64,000 bases of DNA, taken from NCBI RefSeq assembly GCF_018977255.1, contig NW_024704746.1:16740001-16804000 (forward strand). Direction: 5' to 3'. The DNA comes from Callorhinchus milii. Lineage: Eukaryota. This document shows, in pieces, positions 26,354-38,059 of this stretch. Position 1 is the stretch's first letter. Every line of letters begins with the position of its first letter. Under the pieces are notes generated by a model. The model did no database searches, had not been told where the DNA came from, and saw only the letters and a program-made list of their open reading frames with translations. Position numbers and translations under genes: made by a program.

Positions 26354-29300
26354 ATGAATGCAGAATCCTTCCAGATTATATTCATCTACTTTTTAATTCA
26401 TTTAAATTCCTTTGTGAGTGTTGCAGAAATTACTTGCAGAGATGACACTGGGCAGCCTGTAGACTGGTGAGTACAGGCTGTGTTATGTAAACATGCTTAT
26501 TTTATAAGGCATTTGGTGTACTTTTCCCTGAAATGTTACTGGAATCCATTATTGGAAATTGATAAGTAGGTTGATGTTACCAATCTAGCTTTATTGGTTT
26601 ATAAAACAAATGCAAGTATTTGTTTTGTATTTATTTCCTTGCAGGTTTGTCGTTTACAAATTGCCTAGATCTAGAGTTAATCAGTCTACCGGAACAGGAC
26701 TAGAATACATGTATCTGGACTCTTCAACTGAGGGTTGGCAAATGAGCAAACATCTTGTCAATATGACCAAGGGCGCTGTTGGACAAACGTTAGAACAGCT
26801 ATACCGGGTTTATAAGTCAAATGCAAGTATTTCTTTTTGTGCTTTGGATGAAAGACTGTTTACTCAGATATCATTATTGAATTAATCAAAATATATTTAG
26901 ACAAGAACCCAGTTGTTTCTGGCACAATATTTTAGGCCTTTCCGAATAGAGGGTGGTAGAAGATTTTCTGGGCATGAGGATATTTACTATATCCTCAAGT
27001 TGTCAACTAAGCCATCAGATATAGGTGAAATAGACATAATAATATTAATAATAATAATAGTTCTTACATTTGGTAAAGGGCCTTTTCACATCGGGAGGAC
27101 ATCTCAATGTGCTTCACAGGCTATACTGTAAAGCGGAGTGACTGTGTTTTGTGAGCAAGTGCCTGTCTGCAAAACTATTGGAATTAATGAAAGTTGTGGG
27201 CTGAGGAAGAACGCTAAGGTATCCCATTTATGTGAAATCTTATAGATTTCCATTTTTTTTTTGCCTGTGCTAAATAGATGGTTCTACAAATGCCAAGGTT
27301 TTGAGCTATTTTCCTGACACTTCTGAATCTATTCCTTTGCTGCAGGATATATCTCCACTTTAAATAAAGGAAATAAGATGATTCATATTCATGAAAAGAC
27401 AGTATAATTAAAAGAAAGGTTATCTCGTTTGGTATCCATTGATTGATTCAGTAAAATGACCAATGTCTAAAAGCTCCCTTGCTTCCTTTCCTCCCATGGT
27501 GTTAGTCTTATTTTATATTCATGATTTGTTCTGCGTCAGTGAGAGCAATCTCAGATAACATTAAGTGGCGGGATCCCTTAGACTGATCTTGTAGTGGATT
27601 TCGTAGTCTTCAGATATATACGTACACTATAAATGGATTGTAAGTTGTCATTTTTTTTGTTCTTGCAAAACAGGATAAAAACTGTGTGTATTTTATTTAC
27701 AATGATGCTGCACCCGAAATGAAATATGATAGATATCATGGACATGCAAAAGGTAAATACATTTGATATATTTGGAGATATTTTCTGTTCACTATAAAAT
27801 AATTTCTAATATGTGCCAATCATAGTAAATATATGATCAAAATGGACTGAAATCTCAAAGTAACTTTAGTGAGCACTTTCATTTTCATTTGTACATCTTG
27901 CTGTACTCAGTATATTAAAACCATTTCTCTTTCATTTAAAAAAAATTATCGATTTTGTTCCACTTCCCCATGGGAATATGAAACTTTGAGTGAAAAATAG
28001 AACTTCATAACTTGATACAATCTCGGTGCCTTATCAGGTTTGAGTTGTGTTCAAATAAGCTAAGGTCACTAGTCATTATCAGAAAGCTGGAACATTGCTC
28101 AGAACTGATGTGTACGTTATTTTAGTACGCTTTGCCATTGGCAGATTCTTCAGGGAGGAGAAGGTTAACAACCTCAACAATTGTCTGTTTACAGTGAATT
28201 TGTAATCTGGAAGTATAATCAGGTTATGGCTTTTGACCTGATTTTATTCTCCTGGTTTTTTTCCCAATCGTAGGAAGAAAGACTGTTATTTAAAAAAAAA
28301 CATTCTTAGTTTTCTTAAAATCTCTTGAGAATTTGTTCAGATAAACCCAAAATTTTCACTAACACATTCATCAAGAAAAAAAAATGTGTCTTCCCGACAT
28401 GAAAGGCACTGTATAAATGCAGAATTATGCTATATGAAATACTAGGGATTTCTATTGTGTACTTGTTTTTGTCAAATTATGTTCTACAGAATGATTGAAT
28501 GACATTCTCCAGCCCTAGAGTATAATCTAGTACCAGAAGTCAGTAATAATCCTTGCATTGCATTTGAATTGTACAACAGTAAGGAAAGTGAGGTCTTAGT
28601 ATAAAGAGAACACAAGTGGCCATTCACATTGATCTTTTGATGGATGATTGTTCCCATTTTATACCTTTTCTCACTTGGCAGCATTTATTCTGACATTGTC
28701 CCACCGACCGTCTCTCGCACAAACTTAAAGAGTCTCACTGGAAGGCCAGAGAGAATTGCCTCTTTCAACAACTTTGATTTTGGACTAAAGTGTCTCAGCT
28801 GTGGGTAGATTATATAATTTGCAGATGCAACAACAAGATTACATTTGTACAGCGCCTTTCACGTCGAGGGGACGTCCCAAGGCACGTGAAAAGTAATTGA
28901 AATTTGTGTCTTATTAATCATTCTCCTTATTGCATGGTAATATCCTCCACAGGGTACGACAATTATCGTCAACGGTGATTAAAAGATTTTCATTGGATTG
29001 AGCTTGACTTGATCTATCACCACTACATAGAGAGTTAAATGTATTTTAATGCTTACGTTTTATGTTTTTGGTAATGCTTTGCCAAGTGGTTGTAAATGTA
29101 TAACTAAGCTTTTTAAACAGAAGATTTAAAAACTCAGTACTTCCCTGGAAATATTTATCACTTGGGGCTTCTTCCCAAAGTCTTTGTATTGCAATTGTTT
29201 GTAAAGCGGGAAAAAAAGTCTGTAGTTTGCTGAGCCTCAGGATATTCTTGTGAACCATCTTGAAAAAATGAAAAGGGGTGGGGGGGTGGTGTTGGGAGGG

Positions 29301-31626
29301 AGGAAAGGTATTTTGTACATATTTATTGATTACTGTCTAATTTCAGGTATTCTGCTGTTGGACAAAACCCAAGGCTTCTGGCTTATTCACAGTGTACCAC
29401 ATTTCCCTCCTTTTCCTGAGCAGGGTTATGGCTGGCCGTCCTCTGCTAGGATGTTTGGGCAGACTCTCTTCTGTGTCACGTACAAATATAGCCAGTTTGA
29501 AGAAATAAGTAAGGAGTCACTGCATTTTATTTTGGGTGAAGTTCGTGAATTTTGTATTTATCAAAATGAATCGTGTCACCGGTTTCCCATTTTGTTAACC
29601 GGTGTCTGCTCCGAGATGCTACCCTGCACGACTGCCGCTACATAAATGCAAATCGTTGTTGTTGCAGAACAGTTATATTCTCTGATGTTGCCCCAATTTA
29701 AGAGCATTCCTTGGTGCACGAATATAACTTTTCTATTTCTCTCGCTACTTAGTCATCCTTACGACTTGCTGAATGAGATTGTCAATATTGTACTAATTTG
29801 GATTTTGTCATCCTGTTAAAACTGCTTAATTTAATTTAATTCTTGTCAAGCAAAAAAAAACTAACTGCTGAGAGACAGTAATGCTTTGTCACTTGCTCAT
29901 TTCAGGTGTTAGCTTCTCCAAACCTGGTGCCAATGTTGTACCTTGTATCTCATTTAAAACTAGATTTGAATGTTCAATTTTCAGGTTTGTTCTGAGTTAG
30001 CTGATTGCAGAGAATGGTCCTGACCAAAAACAAAAAAGAAATACTAAGTCCCAAGTACAGGATCACAAGTAAACGTGATAAATAAAATGAAAGTACTGCA
30101 CCTTACTTATACACTTTAAGTATCATCAAAGGTCATTTACAACACAGAAATGTTCAATCAACAACAATAAAATTACATTTGTAATTTGTAACTCCACTGG
30201 CTTCCTATCCTTCAGAGGATCCAGTTCAAGATCCTGGTCCTCACCTACCCTCCATGGCCTTGCCCCACCCTACTCTGTGACCTTCTAAACCCGTATCAAC
30301 CCGCCCGCTCTCTCCGCTCAGCCGGCTCTGGCCTGCTCCACGTCCCCCGCCCCACCATTGGCGGGAGAGCCTTCAGCCACTCTGCCCCCAACTCTTGAAT
30401 TCCATCCCCCAATCACTCCGCCTCGCCCCCTCCTTAGCCTCCTTCAAGTCCCGCCTCAATACCCTCCTCTTCGACCATGCCATCGGCCACCACGCTTCCC
30501 CTCCCCTCTCCCTCCCTGACCCCAGCTCGGGTCTGAAATGCTGTACTCTGTCCAATGCCTTGGGACGTCCTCCCGATGTGAAAGGCGCTATACAATGTAA
30601 TCTTGTTGTTGTTGTTGTATAGCGCCTTTCATGTCGGGAGCACGTCCCAAGGCAAAAAAATCATTTTATTGTCAGATGAATGGATACAAATATCTTTATT
30701 TGCAGGTAAACAACTATTTTACGAAAATCCGCATGTGTACAATTTGTCTCTCCCGGATGCCTTCCAGCCTGAGCTTTCATTTCTGCAGGCTATTGCCAAT
30801 GGTAGTTGCTTGACTAGTCCTCCCTGGAAACGTAGGACTAAACTTGTATCCGCAGGTGGCCAGCAGTTTCAGAGTTTTGCAAAATACAAAAATTTTGGAG
30901 AAGGTAAGTCACAAATTGCCATGCAAAGAACACTGCAAACAACATATTTTCATTAGGGAAGGGAGCTTTGAGGAAAGGTATGACCAGCATTTAAATGCTG
31001 GAATGGTTGAACAATTTAGATATAAACTTTCTATTTGATTGGAGTTGGAACTTTGGAACTGTCAAACTTTATTGCACAAAATAAAGTTCATTTCAGCTAA
31101 TTTTTCATTGGAAGATCTGTCTGATATTATTCCAGCTTAAGTATAACTAATTCTATTCCTGTAAAAAAANGAGTTAAAACTTATTTAGAATAAGATTATC
31201 AATCAAAACGATACATTTGACATTTTAATGCTTGCCTCATTTTATATGTTACACCCTTTTGATCTCTCTCACTGTTTTTCAGATATATATGCAGCCTGGC
31301 TAGCTCAGGCCTTGGAGACTGATTTATTGGCTGAGACATGGCAGAGGACTAAAGATGCACTTCCTTCCAATTGCTCCCTGCCACAACATGTCTATAATAT
31401 CTTAAGAATCAAACTCCCAGGATCTGTCGTCTTCCTTTCACACTCTGATCATTCTAAGTGGTGTGTGTCACAGGATTATAGTCGACAATGGACCTGCATT
31501 GGAGATATAAATAGAACATATGGCCAGATGTGGAGAGGTGGTGGTCTGCTCTGTACTCTGAACCCCTTTATTTACAAGGCCTTCAGACATTCTGTGTTGT
31601 TGTATAGGAAATGTATTGATGGATAG
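26354..31626 (+). CDS. DNASE2B: Deoxyribonuclease II beta (DLAD), 357 aa. Exons: 26354-26466, 26645-26822, 27674-27752, 29347-29508, 30706-30903, 31283-31626
   Basis: Signal peptide, then EITCRDDTGQPVDW|FVVYKLP, YNDAAP..GHAKG, GFWLIHSVPHFP and SDHSKWCVS..WTCIGDINR, giving both PLD-type HxK motifs. Head-to-head with UOX as in mammals. Intron 2 probably uses a GC donor. AATAAA at 31792-31797. Confidence 0.96.
30158..30653 (+). mobile_element. L2 3' fragment (30190-30617, +) nested in a short minus-strand L2 tail, within DNASE2B intron 4
   Basis: ctccactggcttcctatcc..ttcaagatcctg..WNSIP-like segment..aaaggcgctatacaatgtaatctt(gtt)n, flanked by the two halves of a minus-strand tail. Confidence 0.85.
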
Positions 31627-32586
31627 TGGGAGACCATAGGGAACTTTGACCAATGGTTAAATGCAAGTGTTTCATAGATTCTTCAAATAAGTCTCAGCAT
31701 TGGGCTTGAACCCACAACCCTCTGACTCAGGAGATGAGAATACTAGGTTGCAGCTGAGCCTGGTTGGCATATCAGCCAGAGTGGTGGGATCAATAAAAAT
31801 ACTTTTCCTGTCACAAAGTTGTTGATCAAGATATTCTATGCAACAGATTAAACAGGAATGTGATAATAATAATAATAATCCTTGTTTTTGATATAGCGCC
31901 TTATCAGGTCTTCGATACTTTTCAAAGCATTTCACAGAATATACTGTAGAGTGAATTGACTGTATATTTTGTGGGTGAAATGCGGCAGCCAATTGTGCAC
32001 AGCTGTACTATTCTGAATTTTTTTGTGCTATTGATATTTGTAGCAGCTATTATTTTAAGTGTTTTGTGGCATATGATTGATTGATGTGTTCCTGTATGTT
32101 CATTTATATATGACAGAATGCGTATAGTTTGCCAATCTTGGTAAGTGAAGAACAACATTGGTTTATTGATTCCATTGCTGTCCCATTCTTTTACAATGCT
32201 ACATAAAATTTACTGTTTTTCTTCAAAAAGTGTATTTTTGTGTCAATATATGAATTTCAGTATGTACCTTTTAAGAGGATATAGCACACAAAATATTGCA
32301 TCGGAGAGCATTTATTTCCGTTTTAGAGACCAAAGTGATGAGCTGCTATTGAGCAAATCTCATAGAAACGTCACCTCAGTCAATTTAAAAGCACGGATTG
32401 TTTTTATTTGGGCACATTTCAGCTTTGGAACACTGTTGCAGAAAAAAAAGAGAATGTGTTACCCAAAAGATGAACCTTGTATCTTGTGAATGAAAATATT
32501 TTGGAAAAAGTCATATTCCCCGACAGAAAGACAAGGGGAAAAAAACAACTTAAAATTGTTACAAAAGGAAACCGGAACGTCTAGAA

Positions 32587-33112
32587 CAACAACAAAAATT
32601 ACATTTGTATAAATAATAATAATAATAATAATCCTTGCATTTGATATAGCGCCTTTCACGGCGGGAGGACGTCCCAAAGCGCTGGACGGTCAAGAGTTTC
32701 GGACCCGAGCTGGGAGTCGGAATTGGGGAGGTTGGAGGTTGGAGGGTGGTGGGGGGTGACCGAAGGTACGGTCGAAGAGGAGGGTCTTGAGATGGGTCTT
32801 GGAAGGTGGCGAGGGCGAGGCGGAGGGGCTGCGGGATGGAGTTCCACAGGGTGGGGGGGGCGGGCGGGGCCGAGCGGCAGATGTCCCGCCCGCCAATGAT
32901 GGGGCGAGCGAGGCGGGGCACGCGCGAAGGAGTCCGCTGCGCGGAGGGAGCGGGCGGGACGGTAGGGGGTTAGGAGGTCGGAGGGGTGGTGCTGGTGGGT
33001 GGGGGGGAGGGGGCGGGGGGGGGGGGGGGGGGCCGCGCCAGGCCACGGAGGGCTTCGAGGTTGAGGACCGGGGACTCTCTGTGCGACGATGGGAAGCCAG
33101 TGGAGGCGGCGC
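32587..33112 (-). mobile_element. GC/CpG-rich L2 3' fragment directly upstream of the RPF1 promoter
   Basis: RLHWLP..DLLTPYRPARSLR..RPIIGGR..LWNSIPQPLRLA..LKTLLFD remnants across frames, ending in an (ATT)n tail. Confidence 0.85.
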
Positions 33113-33284
33113 TGTACCAACTGCAAGGATTTACTATTTATTTGACTCACAAGAAAGAGGTTGGGTTGTGAGGGTAATTGGAGGGTGTTTTGTTGGGGGG
33201 TGTGTGTGTGGGGGGAGGGGGGGTGTGGGGGGAGGGGGGTGTGTGGGGGGAGGGGTGGGGGTTAACCTGTCTTATGGACATTAG

Positions 33285-33447
33285 GCGGCTGCAGTGAGCC
33301 CCGGGCCCCGGCAGAGGGCGCTGCGCGGAGAACGCATGGGCCGCACCTCTCACGTGAGAGCCCGGATCACGTGGGGCGGCCGCCGGAAGCGGAAGCTGAA
33401 GCCCGGGTGAGAGGTCAGCGGTCCCCACGCGCCTCTCCGCAGCCGCC
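33285..33447 (+). promoter_or_regulatory. RPF1 CpG-island promoter with two E-boxes, a GC box and tandem ETS sites
   Basis: CTCTCACGTGAGAG palindrome at 33347-33360, CACGTG at 33368-33373, GGGGCGG at 33373-33379, CCGGAAGCGGAAG at 33383-33395, all just upstream of GCCGCCATGG (strong Kozak). Confidence 0.75.
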
Positions 33448-36400
33448 ATGGAGCCGGGCAACAGGCGGAGGAAGCAGCGGCCCGAGGCCGAGGCCCCGGG
33501 CCCAGCCCCGGAGCCGGCTCCAGCCTCAGACCCCGGGCCCGGGGAGCCCCACTTCCCCCCAAACTTCAGTGTGTCCGAGATCAAAAACAAACAGCGGCGG
33601 CATTTCATGTTCGTGCGGTGGAAACAGGCGCAGCGTAAAGTGAGAGCGGACCCGAGGGGAGGGGGGGAGAGAGAGAGAGAGAGAGAGGGGGGAGGGAAGG
33701 AGTGAATGAGGGGGAGAGAAAGAGAGGAGGGAAGGGGTGAATGAGGGGGAGAGTGAGAGAGGAGTGAAGGAGTGAATGAGGGGGAGAGAGAGGAGGGAAG
33801 GAGTGAATGAGGGGGAGAGAAGGAGAGGAGGGAAGGAAGGAATGAGGGAGAGAGAGAGGGGAGGGAAGGAGTGAATGAGGGGGAGAGAAAGAGAGGAGGG
33901 AAGGAGTGAATGAGGGGGAGAGAGAGAGGAAGGAAGGAGTGAATGGGTGAGAGAAGGAGAGGAGGGAAGGAGTGAATGAGGGGGAGAGAAGGAGAGGAGG
34001 GAAGGACTGAATGAGGGGGAGAGAAGGAGAGGAGGGAAGGACTGAATGAGGGGGAGGAGGAAGTGCAGGTGGAGGGATGGAGTGAGAGGGATAGGGTGAA
34101 GGAGAGAGTTAGAGGAGGGAGAGGGATAGAGGGAGATTGAGGTGAACGAAGGGATTGACGGTGGGGTTGGTGGCAATGGCAGGTTGGAGACTTGCTGCTG
34201 GTGTGGATTTGTGCTGAACAGTTGGCTTTTTCTCATTCAGGAACGGCTCGCAGCTAAAAAGAAGCGTCAAAAGGAGAGGGAAGCACTTGGAGATAAGGTG
34301 ATTTTTACCAACTGACCAAATAGACCTGTGTCTTTACTATAAACGCATGTATGTTCTACCATAACCAACTGGTGACAATCTGGAGGTGGGAGGGAGAGAT
34401 AAGCAGAGTCTCCTTGGAGCAGAGTGCTTAGGCAACAGAATATTGATATTGAGTGAACCTTCAATGATGATCTCAATGGTGTGGTTCATGAGCCAAGCAG
34501 GTCCACATTACTGATGACAAACTAGCCACCCTGGCTCATTGCTGGGACCTTCAGTGGGATCAGTGATTCTTCCAACTCTGTTTCTGTTAACCCTGCAAGC
34601 CAAAGTCCTAACAGGTAGACGACTAGTTCTTAATGCAAGCTCTCAATAGCAACCTATGGGGTCTTAGCTGATCAAATTCCGGCAGTACCCCAATGCACAC
34701 TCCTGAGTCCCCAAACCTTGACTTTTTCCAACCTATGCCTGGTACTCTCTGAATTAGATAAGCAAGTTGTGCCAATCCAGGGAGAGAGTGTACATTCCAT
34801 TCCTGATACAGGCACATTTCTTATTCTATTTGATGAAACAGTGCACCCCAGTGATGAAGAGGTAAATTCTCAAAAGCGTGTTGTATTTTATTAGGATATA
34901 AATAGTTTTAATCTGTAATTATTTCAGGAAAATAAGAGAAATATAGTTGTGTAGAAAGCAGGTTATTGTATGAAATACTGCAATTTTACAATAAGTACTG
35001 CCTCTGAAATTTGTTATTGCAACCAAAACTGATGTATTAAAAACTAAAAGCCATGCTGTAAATGTTCAGTACTATTCTTAGTGATCATAAGTTTACTTTT
35101 ACCTACTTGCTTCTCTGCACTAGGCTCCACCAAAAGAAGTTCCAAAGACGATTGAAAACCAGAGGGTATATGATGAAACAACAGTGGATCCTACTGATGA
35201 GGAGGTAAACTTGATCGTCTTAAAAAGCATGTTGTATTTTATAAGAATAGTTTTATTGAGTATTTTGTACAAAAGTTATGTTAAGTAATATTGCTTTTTA
35301 AGTCGAGTGGTAAAGGAGCCCAAATGATTTTTGTATACCAGTACATAGCTGACTTCCTGCACTATAGTGATGCAAGTTAAGGTATCAGTGAGCGTGATCT
35401 GTTAGAGAACAGTTACAATTTATTTTTGTGTTCACAAACCATAAAGAGGAATGCTGTAATTATGAATACTGTTTAAAACAAATGGGGGATGATCTGCAGA
35501 AAGCGTTTATTTCCTCTTTTGAAGAATTATTATATTAACTTTCAGTACTTCAAATGGATAGATTTTCTCTCTATTTTCATTTCAAAGGTTGTTTTTGATG
35601 AAGCGACAGATGAGTTTTCCTCCTACTTCAGTCGAAAGACAACCCCTAAGATTCTTATTACAACCTCGGATAGACCTCGAGGGGTATGTTACAATCATTC
35701 TGAACAGGACATGACGTCAACTTGCTGTTATTATTTCTAGAATTAACAGATTTTTATTTGGTTTGCAGAGAACAGTAAGGCTGTGTGAGCAGTTGAAAAA
35801 CATTTTGCCAGATTCCCATGTATATTACAGAAGAGGGTTGGCTCTGAAAAAGATCATACCACAATGTGTATCTAGAGGTTTCACAGACTTGATCGTCATT
35901 AATGAAAATCGGAAAGTCCCAAGTATCTTTTACATTTGTGAGCTTGTTTGAAACTGCTATCTGTTTCTTATCAGTTTTTGAACATACCAATTTAAATTTG
36001 TGTTTACAGAAATCAGTTTTAAATGCAACTTTATCAACAGTATAATTGGATAAACTGTCCAATCTTGTTATTGCTTACATTTCCTGGCTGGGGTGTTGAT
36101 TATGAATTGTACCATCCATATGTAAATCCTAACAATAACAATCTTAGATGAAATGTTTGTAAACTTTTTGTTAATTTGTGAACTTAAATAGTTTCAATGA
36201 AAGATGAGTGGAAATATTTGACAACAGTATATTAGGAATAACAATGTAAATCCAGCAGGTTAGAGGTGTTGTTCAACCCTCAACTCTTTTAATACCCACA
36301 TCCGTGCCATGATGGTAGTTGGGCCTTTAGCCCATCTGCCCCCATCCTCTAGAACTCCATCCCAAAGTTCCTTTGCCTCACCTCCCCCTCCTTTGCTTCC

Positions 36401-38059
36401 TTAAGGACCGTTCTTGAAACCTTTTTGACCATGCCTTTGGTCATCCTCCCACCTCCACCCCCTTTACCCTCCCCCCATCCTGATTCCACCCCCTAGCTTG
36501 GATACCACTCTTTGACAGCCCCTTGACACATCCTCACGACATGAAAGGCACTATATAAATGTAATCTTTTGTTGTTCTTTCAGAACTAATAATGTGGAGG
36601 TTAGAGGTGAAGTTGTAATGAGAGCGTACAAGTTGTTGGTTTTTCCTTAACTGAATTATAACAGATGGTTTGATCCTTAGTCATCTTCCCAATGGACCCA
36701 CAGCTCATTTTAAAATGAGTAGCGTCCGGCTGTCCAAAGAACTTCGAGTAAGACATTCATGTGATTCAAGTAATAACTGTTGCATCATAGTGGCTGTTGT
36801 GAATGATTACCCTTTATCTCTGATATTTTTGAGTTTACTCATTAGCCCAATTTCTATAGAAAATGGGGAGAAAACAGCACAAATCTTCAGGCATTATTTG
36901 CTCTCTTTGTTCTCAAACCATTTTAACATGATATCTGCTTCTTAAGGTCCAATTTAATTAGGATTTTCTACCTAAATATGAATTGGTACTTCAGGAAAGT
37001 AAAAAAGGAACATTAATGTTAATGTAGATTTTTCATGAAGAAGAAATCTTTATTTTTGTTTTGAGGACAGGAGGCACTAGACTGCAAAATTTGATCAAAT
37101 ACATCGAGTGCTATGGGTAATTACTGATTATTGTTCTTTCAGGGGAGAAAGAAGGACATAACAGAACACGTACCGGAAGTGATTCTTAATAATTTTTCTA
37201 CACGCCTGGGTCACAGTATTGGGCGAATGTTTGCTTCTCTGTTCCCTCACGACCCACAATTTGTTGGACGTCAAGTAGCAACTTTTCATAACCAACGTGA
37301 CTACCTTTTTTTCAGATTTCACAGGTAACATTTTTAAAGAAGAAGTTAATAAAATAAGCTAACATTTGTACAAGCAATAATAAATACTTTCATTTGATAT
37401 AGCGCCTTATTACGTCTTTGAGAAGTCTCAAAGTGCTTCACAGAATATATTGTAAAGTGAATTGACTATATTTTGAGGGGGGAGAAACACGGCAGTCAAT
37501 TATGCACAGCAATTGTGTGTGTGCGTTTTTAAAGGTACATCTTCAAGAATGAAAAACGAGTGGGTCTTCAAGAACTTGGACCACGTTTTACCTTGAAACT
37601 TCGATCTCTGCAGAAAGGAACCTTTGATTCAAAGTTTGGAGAATACGAATGGGTTCATAAGGCAAGTGTTTTTCCAGTTTGATTTTTCTTTTACATTCAG
37701 TGGCTTTATTGAGATGAAAATGAAAGTTCATTTTTGGCTTGGTTTGCTGTAGCAAACCTTTCACATTCTGTGGCTTCCTTGGATGAAAAGGTAGAGATAA
37801 AGCCTGCCAAGTGAACAAGAGGCAGCTTCAGAGCTGAATTATTAAGAAGAATGTTTCAGAACTTAATTGTTTTAAACAAACTGTCGTGTTGTTAGATGAA
37901 TTAGTAATGAAAGTTTTGACTGTCTTTTGGATGGGTATGAGTTGAATTAAGTTGTTCAAAATGTGCTTTAGGATTTGAGACAATTTCACTGTATGGTTGT
38001 ATTTTTTTCCTCTTCAGCGCCACGAAATGGATACCAATCGAAGGAAGTTCCACTTGTAA
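33448..38059 (+). CDS. RPF1: Ribosome production factor 1 (Brix domain), 337 aa. Exons: 33448-33639, 34241-34297, 35124-35204, 35588-35683, 35769-35922, 36665-36747, 37143-37324, 37535-37661, 38018-38059
   Basis: [91 protein letters not shown] (Brix motif) and C-terminus [12 protein letters not shown]. 1014 nt in frame. Confidence 0.98.
33691..34055. repeat. Purine-rich minisatellite, about 35-bp unit GGAGGGAAGGAGTGAATGAGGGGGAGAGAAGGAGA, about 10 copies, in RPF1 intron 1
   Basis: Tandem periodicity is directly visible, for example at 33961 and 33996. Confidence 0.9.
36290..36577 (+). mobile_element. Degenerate L2 3' end in RPF1 intron 5
   Basis: gaactccatccc..tttgaccatgcctttggtc..catgaaaggcactatataaatgtaatctttt(gtt)n, homologous to the other L2 tails. 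Confidence 0.7.

Noticed and set aside
33691-34055. 35-bp periodic array as a CRISPR-like array
   Set aside because: No unique spacers, eukaryotic intron, simple purine-rich minisatellite.
32559-34236. Many long overlapping GC-rich or low-complexity ORFs
   Set aside because: They arise from stop-poor L2, CpG-island and GA-minisatellite sequence. Only 33448-33639 is real coding sequence within them.
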